DNA of 25,232 nt from Vitrella brassicaformis CCMP3155 (taxonomy: Eukaryota; Protista; Chromerida): assembly GCA_001179505.1 (NCBI GenBank), contig CDMY01000743.1, positions 1 to 25,232 on the forward strand, written 5' to 3'. Shown here piece after piece: positions 22,243-25,232 of this stretch. Position 1 is the stretch's first letter; every line of letters starts with the position of its first letter. The position numbers and the translations under genes were made by a program. The notes under the pieces were generated by a model that ran no database searches, was not told the DNA's origin, and saw only the letters and a program-made list of their open reading frames with translations.

Positions 22243-22580
22243 AACAGCAAGTGAGCAACGGATGTTAACGTACTTGGATCAGGCGAGCTACAGCAAAAGC
22301 ATCAGGCCCAGTTACATTTTTAGGCACATCGCCGGTGCGTGCATGGACCCAAATACACGTACATGGTCTTCTGACGGATGGCCCCTTTTATTGGCTGCAG
22401 GTCGAAACCAACAAGAGCAGAGGGTCTATGCCAGCAGAAATCCCTGCCAATGTGCCTACTGGTCTCCTATATGCGGGTCCTTGGAATGGTTCTGAGCTTT
22501 GTTTCAATAGAGGCGCATCATGGTTAGAATAGGCGTTTTTCCCCTCTTTTTACTGTCTTCCCTGACCTCCAGATTTGCTG

Positions 22581-22791
22581 CTCCAGCTCCTCATGGGCGT
22601 AGAAGCAATTGTTGAGACCTGTACCACCTGGAGACACAGATGTGTCCGTATAGCCATGATCGGTGACACACATCGCAGCCAAACCCTGTTTCGCAAACCG
22701 CACATATGATGTTTGGGTTGCCTCTCAGCTCCTCTCTCCCTTGGGCATACATGCACCTCTCCCCATACTTGCATCCGGTAGACTTATAGCA
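22581..22791 (-). pseudogene. Remnant with CCCH zinc-finger-like motifs
   Basis: CYKSTGCKYGERCMYAQGREELR (22791-22723) resembles the C-x-C-x5-C-x3-H..ELR consensus with H>Q. A second motif NNCFYAHEELE (22613-22581) lies in another frame. Confidence 0.45.
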
Positions 22792-22913
22792 AAAGACAAC
22801 GAAGGACGAAGGCGAACACCGGCTCACGTATTTGTTTCACTACCCTGCCAAACCCCTACACCGCACCGTTTTGAAGTACTTGCCTCCACTCGCCTGCGCT
22901 GTCTCTGCAGCAG

Positions 22914-24250
22914 AGTCGACGTCTGCATGAGCAGGTGTGCACAAAGACATTCATCAAAATTCAAACGTGCATGCGCAGGTGTGCGCACACAGAGACATCC
23001 ATCATATACACTCCAAGTCCAAACGGGTATGCGCAGGTGTGCGCACACAGACATTCATCATATACGTACTCTCCAAGTCGACGCGTGCATGCGCAGGTAT
23101 ATACGCACACAGACATTCAACATACACACACGCCAAGTCCAAACGGGTATGCGCAGCTGTGCGCACACAGCGTTCATCATATACACACACTCCAAGTCGA
23201 CGCGTGCACGCGCAGGTGTGCCAACAAACATATACACACACTGCAAGTCCAAACGTGCATGCGCAGTTGTGCGCACAGAGACATTCATCATATACGCACA
23301 CTCCCGGTGGGCGCACAGAGACACTCAAAATATACACACACTCCAAGTCGACACGTGCATGCGCAGTTGTGCGCACAGAGACATTCATCATATACGCACA
23401 CTCCAAGCGCAGTTGTGCGCACAGAGACATTCATCATATACGCACACTCCCGGTGGGCGCACAGAGACACTCAAAATATACACACACTCCAAGTCGACAC
23501 GTGCATGCGCAGTTGTGCGCACAGAGACATTCATCATATACGCACACTCCAAGTCGACGCGTGCATGCACAGGTATATTCGCACACAGACATTTAACATA
23601 CACACACGCCAAGTCGACGCGTGCATGCGCAGGTTTGCGCACAGAGATATTCATCATATACACTGACTTCACCTCCAGACGCACACAGACATTCATCATA
23701 TACACACGCCCCAAGTCGACACCCCAAGTCGACACGTGCATGCGCAGGTGTGCGCACAGAAACATTCATCATATATACACACTCCAAGTCGACGCGTGCA
23801 TGCGCAGGTGTGCGCACAAACATATACACACACTGCAAGTCCAAACGTGCATGCGCAGTTGTGCGCACAGAGACATTCAGAATATTCACACACTCCAAGT
23901 CGACGCGTGCATGCGCAGGTGGGCGCACAGAGACATTCATCATATACGCACACTCCCGGTGGGCGCACAGAGACACTCAAAATATACACACTCTCCAAGT
24001 CGACGCGTGCATGTGCAGTTGTGCGCACAGAGACACTCAAAATATACACACACTCCAAGTCGACGCGTGCATGCGCAGGTGGGCGCACACAGACATTCAT
24101 CATATACGCACACTCCCGGTGGGCGCACAGAGAGACTCAAAATATACACACACTCCAAGTCGACGCGTGCATGCGCAGGTGGGCGCACAGCGACATTCAT
24201 CATATACGCACACTCCCGGTGGGCGCACAGAGACACTCAAAATATACACA
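22914..24250 (+). repeat. Main subtelomeric satellite array (~1.3 kb), ~58-bp monomer plus ~40-bp deletion variant
   Basis: Long unit ...ctccaagtcgacgcgtgcatgcgcaggtgtgcgcacagagacattcatcatatac...; short unit cactcccggtgggcgcacagagacactcaaaatatacaca. Confidence 0.97.
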
Positions 24251-24354
24251 ATAACATCCAACACTCTCGTCGGTGCTTGCTTTCGTTCTCCTTTCTATCT
24301 GTCTGGCTATCTGTGTGGACGATGTGTGCTAGCGTATGTACACGCATTGTGTAG

Positions 24355-25075
24355 CTAGGCTAGCCTGCGTAGGAATTCTGCCAGCTCGTCGTTGTGGTTA
24401 TGATATTCGAAGAGTGCATTGCCAAGTGCCTCCAGATCTGTTATGTGCTGCTCCGAAGCATCGTCCATCAGGTCATTGGCGCTCAGCTGGTCCTCATTTT
24501 GAATACGTATGTAACGACCAGGGTCCAGCACCTGACATCAACAAAACATGGAGAGATGAAGCCCTCGACTTGGAAGCAAAGCACACGAGACGTTGCTTCT
24601 TACGGCTTTCACTTGGTAGTCGATATGCTCGCTGGGACCCTGCATGCATAGTGATGAGATGGGTACCTTCCAGCCCCACAAGCCGGCATTCTTCAACTGC
24701 TCGGGTGTCCTGGAGTACTCCTTTCTTCCAGTTCTGAAAAGAGAGGAGAGAGAACAAGGAGTCCTTGTCGTAGATGAATCACTTCATTTACCCGATGCTC
24801 AGCATGAGGATATTATCTCGCTTGCCATCCCATTTTTTCATGGCCTCTACAGCGCCAATGATCGATGGATTGTTTGCCAACACACCGCCATCCACTAGAA
24901 TGCGAGGGTTGAGTGTCAGCGGATCGTCGGCCATAGGCAGCACTTCCATCTCGTAGGCGGGAAAATACGTGGGAGCAGCGGTAGAGGCAGACACGCAGTC
25001 GGCCAGAAAGAAGTTGAAGTCTTCTCGCTCTCTTGCCTTCGAAGTCTTGAAGATGACAGCACGATCATTCCTACA
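24355..25075 (-). pseudogene. Patatin-like phospholipase, intact 3' half (~196 codons), 5' half replaced by telomere
   Basis: Exons 25075-24792, 24733-24604, 24531-24355 with GT-AG introns of 58 and 72 nt. Translation: CRNDRAVIFKTSKARE...FFLADCVSASTAAPTYFP...LVDGGVLANNP...LMLSIG|TG...WGWKVPI...DYQVKA|VLDPGRYIRIQ...MDDASE...RRLA*. SAAPTYF, DGG and LSIGTG are patatin motifs; the N-terminal GGGxR and GxSxG motifs are absent. Confidence 0.92.
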
Positions 25076-25077
25076 CT

Positions 25078-25232
25078 TTTAGGGTTTAGGGTTTAGGGTT
25101 TAGGGTTTAGGGTTTAGGGTTTAGGGTGTAGGGTTTAGGGTTTTAGGGTTTAGGGTTTAGGGTTTAGGGTTTAGGGTTTAGGGTTTAGGGTTTAGGGTTT
25201 AGGGTTTAGGGTTTAGGGTTTAGGGTTTAGGG
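25078..25232 (+). repeat. Telomeric repeat (TTTAGGG)n, about 22 units
   Basis: G-rich strand runs 5'->3' to the sequence end. Variants TGTAGGG (25127-25133) and TTTTAGGG (25141-25148). Confidence 0.99.

Noticed and set aside
6493-24250. Satellite arrays as possible CRISPR arrays
   Set aside because: No unique spacers, units are tandem and degenerate, no cas genes, and the context is eukaryotic.
22914-24250. Match to the Plasmodium SPE2 (SIP2-binding) bipartite motif
   Set aside because: GTGCA is present, but the spacing to the second GTGC half-site is about 8-9 nt rather than 4-5.
22663-24358. Long ORFs (563, 245, 243, 219 aa and others) on both strands
   Set aside because: They are translations of the satellite (HAQVCAQRHS / TRACAGVRTET repeats), which happens to lack stop codons.

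Overview
Eukaryotic chromosome end: the window finishes in a correctly oriented (TTTAGGG)n telomere (25078-25232). Short GT-AG introns, CA/GGAC microsatellites and the TTTAGGG repeat would fit a protist such as the chromerid Vitrella, but that is only an inference. From left to right it contains: an uninterrupted Penelope-like reverse transcriptase with no C-terminal endonuclease; a hand-built 8-exon gene for a 438-aa secreted protein of unknown family; a 223-bp 5'-truncated CRE-like retroelement end with a perfect 17-bp target-site duplication; a ~58-bp satellite enclosing a Ty1/copia integrase fragment; a decayed ankyrin gene; a decayed multi-pass membrane-protein gene; two degenerate RLE-type (CRE-like) non-LTR retrotransposons; more of the same satellite; and the intact 3' half of a patatin-like phospholipase gene cut off directly by the telomere. 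All five N-gaps are exactly 300 nt. At three of them the right-hand contig restarts inside the left-hand one, so the apparent tandem retroelement copies are probably unmerged contig overlaps. All identities quoted are by-eye estimates and no database search was run.
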